Below are positions 46,411 to 54,899 of a stretch of 59,836 nt of DNA, in pieces (position 1 is the stretch's first letter; each line of letters begins with the position of its first letter). Made by a program: the position numbers and the translations under genes. The notes under the pieces were generated by a model. It did not search any database and had not been told where the DNA came from. It worked only from the letters and a program-made list of their open reading frames with translations. This DNA is from a virus (lineage: Duplodnaviria > Caudoviricetes), in IMG/VR virus record IMGVR_UViG_3300026184_000061, positions 1 to 59,836 of that record, one strand, 5' to 3'.

Positions 46411-46423
46411 TGGATTGCTCCTT

Positions 46424-46855
46424 TTAGTTGGTTAGCCCTTCGCCGTACCATTCCCGCTGCCGCTTCCGCTCCTTGTCTTCTTCGGAATCTTCTTCATCGC
46501 CCGGCTGATTCAGCGGCATCAAGCATTCCGTAGGCCAGCTTACAATAGCTCTGTAAGGACCTACTATCGTTTCCATTGTTGGACTGTATTCCGCACCGTC
46601 TACAATCCAGCCGGTCATAAACCCGGCCCCGGAGTGCGGTAGGCTGCCCGGCGAGAATACGTCCGACGGATGTCCCTTAACCACACCGACATGCCATAAG
46701 CAGTCATGGAAAAACTTTTTGATGACCGCAGGTACGTTCGGCCGATTAACTTCTCCAGGAATCTTGATAATCATCACCACCACGCCCGCTTTGATTTCTC
46801 CTTTCATGGGTTCCATGTTATCGACCTCCTTTTTCTTTGTGACGAAGATTTTCAA
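46424..46855 (-). CDS. Hypothetical protein
   Basis: ORF in the early operon. Confidence 0.55.
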   Translation of the reverse strand: MKIFVTKKKEVDNMEPMKGEIKAGVVVMIIKIPGEVNRPNVPAVIKKFFHDCLWHVGVVKGHPSDVFSPGSLPHSGAGFMTGWIVDGAEYSPTMETIVGPYRAIVSWPTECLMPLNQPGDEEDSEEDKERKRQREWYGEGLTN

Positions 46856-47240
46856 CTACTGAATCCCAGGCATTTTCATCAGCTTCCCAATCTACGTCAT
46901 TCCATGCGGGATGACTGAATAAAAACCGCCCTTCTTCAGACAGAACTTTTACAGTCAGCGGTTGCTGAGGTTCCCCGTGACTGGGGTAGTAGACTTCCAC
47001 TTCCAGAATGGGTACCTGAACGATGTAATCCACGAAACGACGTTCATCTAGCTCACACTTCCATTCTGCGATGAGCTCCACCTTGTGCGGTGGCATAAAA
47101 TCCATATCCGTGTAAACCAGACTCGGCGCGGATTCCAGGGTATTCATGCACACTAAGCGTTCTCCGCACCAGTCCCATACGTATCGGCTGTTGTCATCTT
47201 CGTAGGGAGACGCGACGCCATATTCATCTAGGTCATCCAC
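46818..47240 (-). CDS. Hypothetical acidic protein
   Basis: GGAGG RBS. Confidence 0.6.
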   Translation of the reverse strand: MDDLDEYGVASPYEDDNSRYVWDWCGERLVCMNTLESAPSLVYTDMDFMPPHKVELIAEWKCELDERRFVDYIVQVPILEVEVYYPSHGEPQQPLTVKVLSEEGRFLFSHPAWNDVDWEADENAWDSVVENLRHKEKGGR

Positions 47241-47250
47241 AACACACCTC

Positions 47251-47457
47251 CTACCAGCCGAACAGTTCGACGACGGAATCTTCGTCGTCTATAGATTCGT
47301 AAGCCTCGCGCGCGGCGGACTCAGATTCGAAGGTCTTCAGGTCCGCTGAAGCAACCTCACCCACCATGAATCGGCCGTCTTCGACGTCGCGAAGCAGTTG
47401 TACAATCAGGTCAGCGTTGTCTATAACTACCTTTTCACTAAGCAGTTCAATATTCAT
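47251..47457 (-). CDS. Hypothetical acidic protein
   Basis: Variant of the repeated leader precedes the ATG. Confidence 0.65.
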   Translation of the reverse strand: MNIELLSEKVVIDNADLIVQLLRDVEDGRFMVGEVASADLKTFESESAAREAYESIDDEDSVVELFGW

Positions 47458-47484
47458 TGGGATTCCCCTTTATATGTCTAGCTT

Positions 47485-47520
47485 AAAAAGACGAGCCCTG
47501 CACAATGCGTACAGGGCTCG
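47485..47520 (-). terminator. Intrinsic terminator
   Basis: CGAGCCCTG / CAGGGCTCG stem followed by UCUUUUU on the - strand. Confidence 0.7.
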
Positions 47521-47790
47521 CCGGTCTATTCCTCTAGAGTGTTCCGCTGCTCCAGCGTAACTTACATTAACCTGTCCTCCAATTACGATGCGAACTTGAA
47601 TCGCGCGGGGACCGTCACATCGTTCGGTCAAATCTTCGTGCACCGAGGCTGCGCATTCCGTTCGGTGGCTGACGTTTCTATATTCGTAGTAACAATCAAG
47701 TTATGACTAGGTAGCTACCTTCATCGTCGCCAAGTCATGGTCACCTCCTTTATAGTTGTGGCCATCTGGAGTGGGGGGTGTAGATGGAAT

Positions 47791-47842
47791 AAAAAAGAAC
47801 GAGGCGGCGAAGTAGGAGGATTGCGAGGAGTGCCGCCTCGTT
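47791..47842 (-). terminator. Long-loop intrinsic terminator
   Basis: AACGAGGCGGC / GCCGCCTCGTT stem followed by CUUUUUU on the - strand. Confidence 0.65.
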
Positions 47843-47870
47843 GCTAGAAACTGTTAGTAGTGATTCTTGC

Positions 47871-48110
47871 TTATGCCTGCACATCTACTTCTATGCTGTA
47901 CACACCGCCACGAATATAGTGCAGTTCCAACCGCGTACCGTCTAAGATGAGAATGTACTCTTCACCCTCCGCATTCGTGGCTTCCGCTACAGCGGGGTCG
48001 GCGGATTCAACCCCGGAAAACGCCATGTAGTCCGATTTATCAAAGGGCTGTAAATCTGGCAGGGCGTTGGTCAGGTCACGCAGAATCTTAGGCATCATTT
48101 CACTGTTCAT
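47871..48110 (-). CDS. Hypothetical early protein
   Basis: Repeated RBS leader. Confidence 0.7.
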   Translation of the reverse strand: MNSEMMPKILRDLTNALPDLQPFDKSDYMAFSGVESADPAVAEATNAEGEEYILILDGTRLELHYIRGGVYSIEVDVQA

Positions 48111-48411
48111 TGGATTGCTCCTTTAAGATTTCGCCCATGTCGCCTCGGCCGTATTCTTCAAACGTATAGTGCAGCGGCATCCCCTTACGAACACGGACGC
48201 GCCTGTACTCATACGTGAACTTGGCCAGCGGCCAGATGTCTTCCACGTATTCCGTCTGCAGTTCTTCGGTAGCAGCTTCAAAGGCGGCTTCCTTAGCATC
48301 GGCTTTCGTCGGAAAAGCTTCTTCCAGTGGAATCTTTTTGGAAAGCTTCTTGCCGCGATTATCAAATATTTGAACGGTTACTTTCCAGCCATGATTTTTT
48401 ACGCGTTTCAT
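48100..48411 (-). CDS. Hypothetical early protein
   Basis: Repeated RBS leader; directly downstream of the hammerhead. Confidence 0.7.
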   Translation of the reverse strand: MKRVKNHGWKVTVQIFDNRGKKLSKKIPLEEAFPTKADAKEAAFEAATEELQTEYVEDIWPLAKFTYEYRRVRVRKGMPLHYTFEEYGRGDMGEILKEQSNEQ

Positions 48412-48435
48412 TGGATTGCTCCTTTATTGGTGTAA

Positions 48436-48487
48436 GCGTTTCGCCCGGCATCAGGGCTCATCAGGGTAGGTGCCGTCCTACCGACGC
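48436..48487 (-). ncRNA. Type III hammerhead ribozyme
   Basis: - strand reads GCG-UC | GGUAGG-acggca-CCUACC | CUGAUGA | GCCC-ugaugcc-GGGC | GAAA-CGC. Full core and three stems are present; loop I GGCA is complementary to loop II UGCC. Confidence 0.88.
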
Positions 48488-48991
48488 ACCCCTTTTTCAT
48501 CCGGAGGGGTGGCCGTCGCCGACAAGGCTCACGCTTTCGGGGATGTCCCGAGCTGGCTGATTCCGTACGCTGAACGTTCCGGGTCGCTACTCCGAAACGC
48601 TGTACGCTATAACATGGGGTGACTCACTCGCAGGTATCGCGCCTGGGGATTGCATCGCTGCAATCTGTCTTATGCTTGACGAGGACGATTTGGACGAGGT
48701 CCGAATGGAAAGGATCGCGGAAGTGTGCGCTGCAATGCGCGTCCGGTCTTTGCTTTGGGCATAGCTCCGCCCATGCTGCCTTGACGACAGTGCCGCAATC
48801 GTGCGGCCCGACCTAATTTCTAGTATGGCATTGCACCGCCACTTGTAACGCGCTGGCTCCATACTCGGTAACTTGGCCAGCGGGCCACAGCCTTTTCGGT
48901 GCGCCGCTATGGGGCTTAGGCTGCCGGGTACAGTGCGGGGGGCTTGCCCTATATAAGGTGTGCCGCGTGCCGTGCTGTACCGTTAAACAGT

Positions 48992-49020
48992 ACCCTAGCG
49001 CATACCGCCAGGCAGTGCAA
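48992..49020 (-). promoter_or_regulatory. Sigma70-like early promoter
   Basis: TTGCAC-N17-TAGGGT on the - strand with an A/T-rich upstream segment. Confidence 0.55.
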
Positions 49021-49058
49021 GCCCCTTCAAACCCTTGTTTTGGTTACTAAAAAAGCCC

Positions 49059-49095
49059 CCAAAACGGCCGCACCAAGCCGCCAGGGGGCGATTTT
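49059..49095 (-). terminator. Long-loop terminator-like hairpin
   Basis: GCCCCC / GGGGGC stem with U6 on the - strand, upstream of the early promoter. Confidence 0.5.
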
Positions 49096-49182
49096 TCGGT
49101 CATTTTGTGACCGGGTAGTGGTCAGTTTTTGAGCAGCTATTTCGCTCAGATTTTGATCAGCGCCCAGGCCGTCCGGCGCGGC

Positions 49183-49755
49183 CTAGTACGCGGCCCACAG
49201 GTACTGAAAATTCATGGCCGTGTTGCGCGTGTTCCAGAACAACGTGGTCCAAAAGTTGAAGAACGGATACCGCGCACGTACGTCACCTAGGTCAAAAGCA
49301 TTGCCGTACACGACACTCTTCAGTTTCGCGTTCATCAGTTGTTTGCGGAACAATCGAGCGAAGAACCCATGGCGCCGATCACCTGTGATCAAGGTCTGAA
49401 TGTAATCACGTGACGTGGTGTCTTCGTTGGCATCGTCATCCAAGAACATCCACGGCAGTACCGCCAGTATAAATAGTGCAAAGCTCACGTCTCTTTTCCT
49501 GCGCAGTATATAGCCGGTTCTGCTCGGTTTCGTATGTCCAGGAGGTGTCGCCCTTAACAGCCAACTACGAACCGGCGGATCATACGTTGGTCGCCGCTGC
49601 CACAACCTGCCAAGCCAGTTTCTTTTCTCGTTCAGCAAGACATAGTTATAGACTACGCTCCGTGCCCAGGCTCGGAAAGGCGTAGCAGGGAAGACCATGA
49701 CGAGTCCCAGAATCTTCAGAAAGAAGGTGACAATGTTCAGCAGTAAGCTTTTCAT
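49183..49755 (-). CDS. Hypothetical membrane protein
   Basis: Two hydrophobic segments; FWNTRNTAMNF. Confidence 0.65.
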   Translation of the reverse strand: MKSLLLNIVTFFLKILGLVMVFPATPFRAWARSVVYNYVLLNEKRNWLGRLWQRRPTYDPPVRSWLLRATPPGHTKPSRTGYILRRKRDVSFALFILAVLPWMFLDDDANEDTTSRDYIQTLITGDRRHGFFARLFRKQLMNAKLKSVVYGNAFDLGDVRARYPFFNFWTTLFWNTRNTAMNFQYLWAAY

Positions 49756-49917
49756 TTCGCAACCCTCTCGCAACAATACGCCTGAGTGGAATAGCGTACG
49801 CCGTCGTCACCTTTGACGATCATACCTCCTTCGCTGCTGATGTACTCCACAGTTCCTGCGGTTTTCTTGTAGCGCATTTGCACGCGCTCACCTTTTTTCA
49901 GTTTCTTCTTCGGCATG

Positions 49918-50532
49918 TCAGGCTCCTTTCTTGAAGGGATGTGCCGACGCTTTAATGAGTATCTTATCCATCAGCACGCCGATGATTGAATGGATGTGAC
50001 TGTCCAGATCGCCGGCGGCTGTGTTCAGGTATATATCCGGCTCCATCGGCGCTTCGTACGGTGCGTCCAGGCCGGTCAGCCCCTCTACGTCACCCATTTC
50101 CGCACGGGCGTACAACCCTTTCGGATCTCGGCTGGCGCACACACGCACGGGCGCATCGCAGTGAACCTCAAGGAAGTCCTTACCGAACAGCTTGCGCACT
50201 TCTTCTCGGTCGCGGGAGTATGGCGACACCATCGCTACGATTGTAATAGTACCCACACGGAGGAACTGATTGGCTACGGCAGCCACGCGCCGCACCGCTT
50301 CGTGTCGGTCAAGGCGTTGGAATCCCAGATCGCGGTTCAGATCTTCTCGGAGTTCGTCACCGTCTAGAACCGTTGACTTGAGCCCCATATCAAACAGCAG
50401 TTGGTCCAGCGCCTGCGCAATCGTGGTCTTCCCCGAAGCGGGTAGTCCCGTGAGCCAGACGATACAACCTCGGTGCTGATTGGCCTGCTCATGACTTTCG
50501 CGAACGTTGCGTACTTCTTCAGTCATTATCAA
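49918..50532 (-). CDS. cysC: Adenylyl-sulfate (APS) kinase
   Basis: VWLTGLPASGKTTIA, LDGDELR, LGF...DR, VSPY..DR, RDPKGLY and TGLDAPYEAP. Confidence 0.95.
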   Translation of the reverse strand: MIMTEEVRNVRESHEQANQHRGCIVWLTGLPASGKTTIAQALDQLLFDMGLKSTVLDGDELREDLNRDLGFQRLDRHEAVRRVAAVANQFLRVGTITIVAMVSPYSRDREEVRKLFGKDFLEVHCDAPVRVCASRDPKGLYARAEMGDVEGLTGLDAPYEAPMEPDIYLNTAAGDLDSHIHSIIGVLMDKILIKASAHPFKKGA

Positions 50533-50941
50533 TCCCCTTCAAAATGCCGTTCAGACGATCAGCCGCTTCGTCGTAAGGGGTAGCCGACTGAACCAATCGG
50601 TCCCGAACAAATTGTAGATCTTCTTTACTTACTAGCGTATAGCCTTCTGGAACGACTGTTTTCTGCTGTTGTAGTGACATACGTAACGCGACCATTCCGT
50701 TGTCTAGATCCACCCATTCGCCGACGCGTACAGACTTTCCATTTGAGTCGTGTACGTCGACAAAGTAGCTATGCCCTGGTCCTGGCGGCTTGTCGAATAC
50801 GACGTCTACATAATCAGGAGGAACTATTTCTGGGTCCGTCATTATATTCTCAAACAGATGCGAAATGAATTCCTTATCTTCAGTATTCTTCGCAGTTTGT
50901 GAAAGAGCCATCAGCATCCACCACAGTTTGGTTTTAGCCAT
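50519..50941 (-). CDS. Hypothetical protein
   Basis: VVFDKPPGPGHSYFVDVHDSNGKSV.VGEW phage domain; likely start MAKTK. Confidence 0.6.
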   Translation of the reverse strand: MAKTKLWWMLMALSQTAKNTEDKEFISHLFENIMTDPEIVPPDYVDVVFDKPPGPGHSYFVDVHDSNGKSVRVGEWVDLDNGMVALRMSLQQQKTVVPEGYTLVSKEDLQFVRDRLVQSATPYDEAADRLNGILKGIDND

Positions 50942-51173
50942 TTTTCTTCTCCTCGAGATCAGTTCGAGTTTCGATCGCTCGTTTAACGAACAGAAATTCT
51001 GGCCAGTCGCTTTCAACGACCAGGGCCTGAAACTGCCCCGGCACTCCACGCGACAGACGAGCTTGCGTTACTTTTTTAGTCACACTGACCAGGGCTTCCC
51101 ATTCTTCGTTGGTCAATCCCGCCGCTTCGATGTCCTTGACCTTAAAGATGATATAACGACGTTCCCATTCCAT
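50934..51173 (-). CDS. Hypothetical protein
   Basis: ERRYIIFKVKD...LVVESDWPE conserved phage motif. Confidence 0.7.
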   Translation of the reverse strand: MEWERRYIIFKVKDIEAAGLTNEEWEALVSVTKKVTQARLSRGVPGQFQALVVESDWPEFLFVKRAIETRTDLEEKKNG

Positions 51174-51174
51174 C

Positions 51175-51438
51175 TCAGAGTCTCCTCATGATGTCGGTGA
51201 TTGCCAGGATCTCTTTCTTGAATTTATCCACACCTTGGGTATCGCCACGTTTGTCAGCGTCCCGTAAGTAGTCGATCGTATTCAGCAAATCCTGACGACA
51301 ACGATTCAACATCTTCGCCCGCTGTACGCGCTTGTAATAGGCAATCATCATGATGACAACCGCCACGACGATGATGTTGACTGCAATCACGAAACTGTTC
51401 GGCCCTAGCATTTCCACGTCCCCCGCAGCTTGCGCCAT
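51175..51438 (-). CDS. Small membrane protein
   Basis: One TM segment. Confidence 0.55.
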   Translation of the reverse strand: MAQAAGDVEMLGPNSFVIAVNIIVVAVVIMMIAYYKRVQRAKMLNRCRQDLLNTIDYLRDADKRGDTQGVDKFKKEILAITDIMRRL

Positions 51439-52016
51439 GCACGACTAATCACTTCCGCCTGAAACACCGCGTCATCCAGGGCGTTGTGGTGCGTACCTTC
51501 GCGCTTCAAGTCGTTTTTGTCAACGGCAGCAACATCTACGATCGTACGCATGTCTCGGATATTCCAGAACTCCCACGGCGGCAGCAGCTTACATCCCTGG
51601 AAGGCGTGCTCCAGGATTGAGATATCGAATGTCGCACCGTTACCCCACGGCTTGACACGCTTCTTTTCTTCGATCCCAAGCATCCAAGTGTGCATGTTCG
51701 TCAGTGCGTCCGGCAGCGGTATACCGTCGGCGTTCTTATTAATCAACGCCAACCGCGCTTCTTCGCTTTGCTTCAGCCACCACTGCATCGTTCCCGGCTG
51801 TAGCGCCCGACCGAGTTCTACGTTGCTGTGCCAATCCACGTTCAGGTAGAACTTGTCGAAGATAGTGCCGTCGTCGATGTTGAAGGCCGCAACGCCGATG
51901 GCAATCACAGGCGCGTTGAACGACAGACCCAATGTTTCCAGATCAATGCTGAATTGAATATTATCCACTTGGCTCTCCTCTTTAGTTTCGCGGAGCGACA
52001 ACTCGCTCCCAGACAT
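51405..52016 (-). CDS. DEDDh 3'-5' exonuclease
   Basis: IDLETLG, WGNGATFD, RDMRT and HHNALDDA. Confidence 0.88.
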   Translation of the reverse strand: MSGSELSLRETKEESQVDNIQFSIDLETLGLSFNAPVIAIGVAAFNIDDGTIFDKFYLNVDWHSNVELGRALQPGTMQWWLKQSEEARLALINKNADGIPLPDALTNMHTWMLGIEEKKRVKPWGNGATFDISILEHAFQGCKLLPPWEFWNIRDMRTIVDVAAVDKNDLKREGTHHNALDDAVFQAEVISRAWRKLRGTWKC

Positions 52017-52164
52017 CGTTGATCATTTCTACCTGGCGAGTGTACAACTCGTCTCCATCCTCTATCTGGCGCTTGTACGCCTTTAAGCAGTCACGCTCCC
52101 AATTTGACATATTCTCTGGGTAGCGTAGACATTCGTCAATCATGCACAATGTTTCCACGCTCAT
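51982..52164 (-). CDS. Hypothetical protein
   Basis: Overlap-coupled ORF. Confidence 0.55.
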   Translation of the reverse strand: MSVETLCMIDECLRYPENMSNWERDCLKAYKRQIEDGDELYTRQVEMINDVWERVVAPRN

Positions 52165-52541
52165 CTCCGAGTTCCCCCGTCATGAAAGAAAAGAACCTGC
52201 GCCGGTAAGCCCGCGCCGAACAGCATATTGCTCACACCGCTTCGCAGGTGCGTGCAGAAGTAATAGTCTGGGCGACTGTACTCGCCGAACTTCGGCACGT
52301 TTTCTCCAATCCCCAATAACCAGTTCCGAACCCGCTCGGTTTCATAATTAGAAATAGGTACGCCTTCTACGACGACTGCGTCCAGGTTCTTTTCGTCGAA
52401 GGCGCGAAGCAATCCAGGATTTGGGGTTATTAGTTGTATCAGATCAACTATGATCAGATCACCCTTACGTCGCGCTTCTTTCATCGCTTCCGCAGTAGCG
52501 CCGCTACCTTGTGCTCCGGTGTAGATGTAAATCTTGTTCAC
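52161..52541 (-). CDS. Small protein with degenerate P-loop
   Basis: IYTGAQGSGAT (Walker A Lys replaced by Ala) and AVVVEG. Confidence 0.55.
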   Translation of the reverse strand: MNKIYIYTGAQGSGATAEAMKEARRKGDLIIVDLIQLITPNPGLLRAFDEKNLDAVVVEGVPISNYETERVRNWLLGIGENVPKFGEYSRPDYYFCTHLRSGVSNMLFGAGLPAQVLFFHDGGTRR

Positions 52542-54568
52542 TTCCCCTTACCTCCTTTGATGACCTTGAACTTCTCAGTCTTCTTTTCGGCGTTGGCTTT
52601 GTCCAAAGGGCTGCGACTTCGTTCGTACTCCTTGGCCCACAACCTCGTTTCTTTGCGATTCCATTTATGGGGGTCGCGAATGGCCCACAGCCTCACGCGT
52701 TGTCCATTGCCCATGTAGCCTTGTCGCTGAGCAGGAAACCCCGCCCGACGCAGCGCCCCACCCAAAGCCTTTTCGGTCGTACGTTTCATACCGTCAGGGT
52801 CGTATAGAAAAATGAGCTCCTTGCTGGTAAACATGGCCCGCTCTATCGGCACGCCGTTCACCGTCAAGGTGCTGTCAGGATCGCTGTATAATTGATGGGC
52901 GAAATTGTCCAGGTCCGAACGAGAAAGGTCGATCATATCCATCTTCGCCGAAGTCATCATGGCGTGCGCCTTGGGGTTGAACCCTTCTAGGCTGACTTCG
53001 TTCATGAGATGGTAGAGGAGGTGGGACGCGCCGTCTTCGTGATTGATCCAATGGTCAATGCGATCGTAGAAGCTCATCGGCTTCGGTTTCGCAGTTATTT
53101 CATGCACGGCCACTCGTCGGTCGTTGGTCTCTATGAACAAGGCGTCTGCGTAGTTACTGGTGAAGAACCAATTAGTGCAGTCGCGTAGATTATAATGCGG
53201 TTGGAATTTTTCGTTGATCAGGACTGATTCCTGAGTAATGAGGTCTCGCAGTTTCGCCGCTTCTCTTCGTTTGTCTGATGCGGTCACCTCTTCGCCCATG
53301 ATGAACTGCTTCCCGGCCATCCAGCCGTTGTGCGAAGCGTGCAGGTGCTCTTGACCGATTTTGACGAAGTTACTTTCGCCATAGACACGGCCCATGATAT
53401 AGCCGATGAATGATTTGCCCGTACCGTGCGCGTTGCTGTGCAGTAGTACACAGGAATTCAACTTCGTACCAGGGTGTTGGATCGGATAAGCCAGCCATTG
53501 AATAAACCATTTTTTAAACTTCTTGTCTTCGCTGAAGATGAAGTCCAACAGGTCGTTCCAAGGTTTGATGTTCCCACGCTTCGGTTCCACGCCCCAACCT
53601 GTCCAGGTGTTCAGGTAGTTGTCTTCGGTAATCTGCGGTTCCCCCGGTGCGTACTTCAGTCCTCGGTGCGTGCGCCGCAGCGGCCATGATATCCATTCTT
53701 TCGCCGTACTGACTTTTTTCATATCCCCCGAAGCGGTGAAAGCTACGTGCTGCCGCGTAGCCAAGACCGCGTTGACCAACTTGGTTTCGTTCCACATCTT
53801 CCGAGTACTGAATTCGTAGAACGCGCCGTGTTCTTCAATATAGGCAACCTCGTCGTTGAGCGCCCAGAGCATCGCGCTTTCTTCGTAGGCTACTACATTG
53901 ATATCGTCGACGTCTCCCCCGTCTACGATATAATCGTCTAAGCCTGCTTTCGCTACTTCGCCCGCCGGTACAGGCGGCGCAGGTACTGAACCAATGAAGA
54001 CCTGAGCGCCGAGAGCTGTCAGTTCATCGGCGAGCTTGCGAATGGCTTGTAGAATATTTTGATTCGTGTTCATGTCACTGTCGAACACCAACCAAACTGG
54101 ACGTTCTTCCCATTTAATAAGGTCGAAGTCTTCGATCAAATTCTGACGATGCTTCTTACTGCGAAACGACCACACGCCGCCCAGTCCTATGCAAGGGACG
54201 CCGGACTTGCAAGTCGTCGCAGCTTTTTTCTCACCTTCGGTGATAACAATGCGTTCTTCGGTATCTTCGCCGATGCCTTCCCAATCCATGAGCGGAGGAA
54301 AGTAGAGCCTCGGTGCGGTGCCGCTCGGCTGTTGATAGCGTATTAGCTTCTTACTAAAAGGCTGCTTGACCGGCTCCAAGAAACGGAGTCGGTAAAAATC
54401 GGTAAGCTTTCCTGATGGATCAGGATATGGAATTTTGTAAGATAGGACCTTATGTCGTCCCCCGGTCAACTTGCCGGTTTGCTCAGCGGATAGAAGCTTC
54501 AGCTTCAGTTTCTTCGCATCGTTGGCGCTGAGTCCAGAGCGAGCGAGATCCTCAAGGACTTCTTTCAC
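52538..54568 (-). CDS. Primase-helicase (TOPRIM DUF3854-like domain plus SF3-type NTPase)
   Basis: ITEGEKKA, GLGGVW, VFDSD and GLDD; HGTGKS, INEKF and FTSN. Confidence 0.9.
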   Translation of the reverse strand: MKEVLEDLARSGLSANDAKKLKLKLLSAEQTGKLTGGRHKVLSYKIPYPDPSGKLTDFYRLRFLEPVKQPFSKKLIRYQQPSGTAPRLYFPPLMDWEGIGEDTEERIVITEGEKKAATTCKSGVPCIGLGGVWSFRSKKHRQNLIEDFDLIKWEERPVWLVFDSDMNTNQNILQAIRKLADELTALGAQVFIGSVPAPPVPAGEVAKAGLDDYIVDGGDVDDINVVAYEESAMLWALNDEVAYIEEHGAFYEFSTRKMWNETKLVNAVLATRQHVAFTASGDMKKVSTAKEWISWPLRRTHRGLKYAPGEPQITEDNYLNTWTGWGVEPKRGNIKPWNDLLDFIFSEDKKFKKWFIQWLAYPIQHPGTKLNSCVLLHSNAHGTGKSFIGYIMGRVYGESNFVKIGQEHLHASHNGWMAGKQFIMGEEVTASDKRREAAKLRDLITQESVLINEKFQPHYNLRDCTNWFFTSNYADALFIETNDRRVAVHEITAKPKPMSFYDRIDHWINHEDGASHLLYHLMNEVSLEGFNPKAHAMMTSAKMDMIDLSRSDLDNFAHQLYSDPDSTLTVNGVPIERAMFTSKELIFLYDPDGMKRTTEKALGGALRRAGFPAQRQGYMGNGQRVRLWAIRDPHKWNRKETRLWAKEYERSRSPLDKANAEKKTEKFKVIKGGKGK

Positions 54569-54594
54569 GACGGATTCTCCATCTTATAATTCGT

Positions 54595-54684
54595 AAAAAA
54601 TGCCGCGCCACGTCTCTCCTCCTCTAAGGTTCGACAAGGGGGGAGAGCCAAGACCGGAGTCGGAGATATACGACGTGGCGCGGC
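54595..54684 (-). terminator. Branched terminator/attenuator-like structure in the primase leader
   Basis: 13-bp GCCGCGCCACGTC / GACGTGGCGCGGC stem enclosing inner hairpins, followed by U6 on the - strand. Confidence 0.6.
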
Positions 54685-54726
54685 CAACAACGTTGTCTAG
54701 TGCCCCAGGCGGGTACACTAGCGGCA

Positions 54727-54756
54727 AATATACTGTGAAACGGTGCACCCCTGCAA
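54727..54756 (-). promoter_or_regulatory. Sigma70-like promoter for the primase operon
   Basis: TTGCAG-N18-TATATT on the - strand. Confidence 0.5.
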
Positions 54757-54899
54757 CTACCAATTTTTAGCCAGCGGTCACTGTTTGATCTGGATCAAAA
54801 CGTGACCAAACAAAATTTTTACGCTTGATTTCGGAGCACTTTGATCTGAGTACGGGGGAGCTGCGACGCGTTGCGCGAAAACTCTCGGAATGGTCCGAT

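Larger units (their letters stand above)
46406..48425 (-). repeat. Dispersed repeat AAAGGAGCAATCCAATGAA (RBS plus start) at 46406-46424, 48106-48124 and 48407-48425; variant near 47453-47471
   Basis: Identical 19-mer TTCATTGGATTGCTCCTTT occurs three times on the + strand. Confidence 0.85.

Noticed and set aside
48835-48900. Twister ribozyme (GUUACAAG-like segment on the - strand)
   Set aside because: The upstream UAA cleavage motif and pseudoknot partners could not be placed
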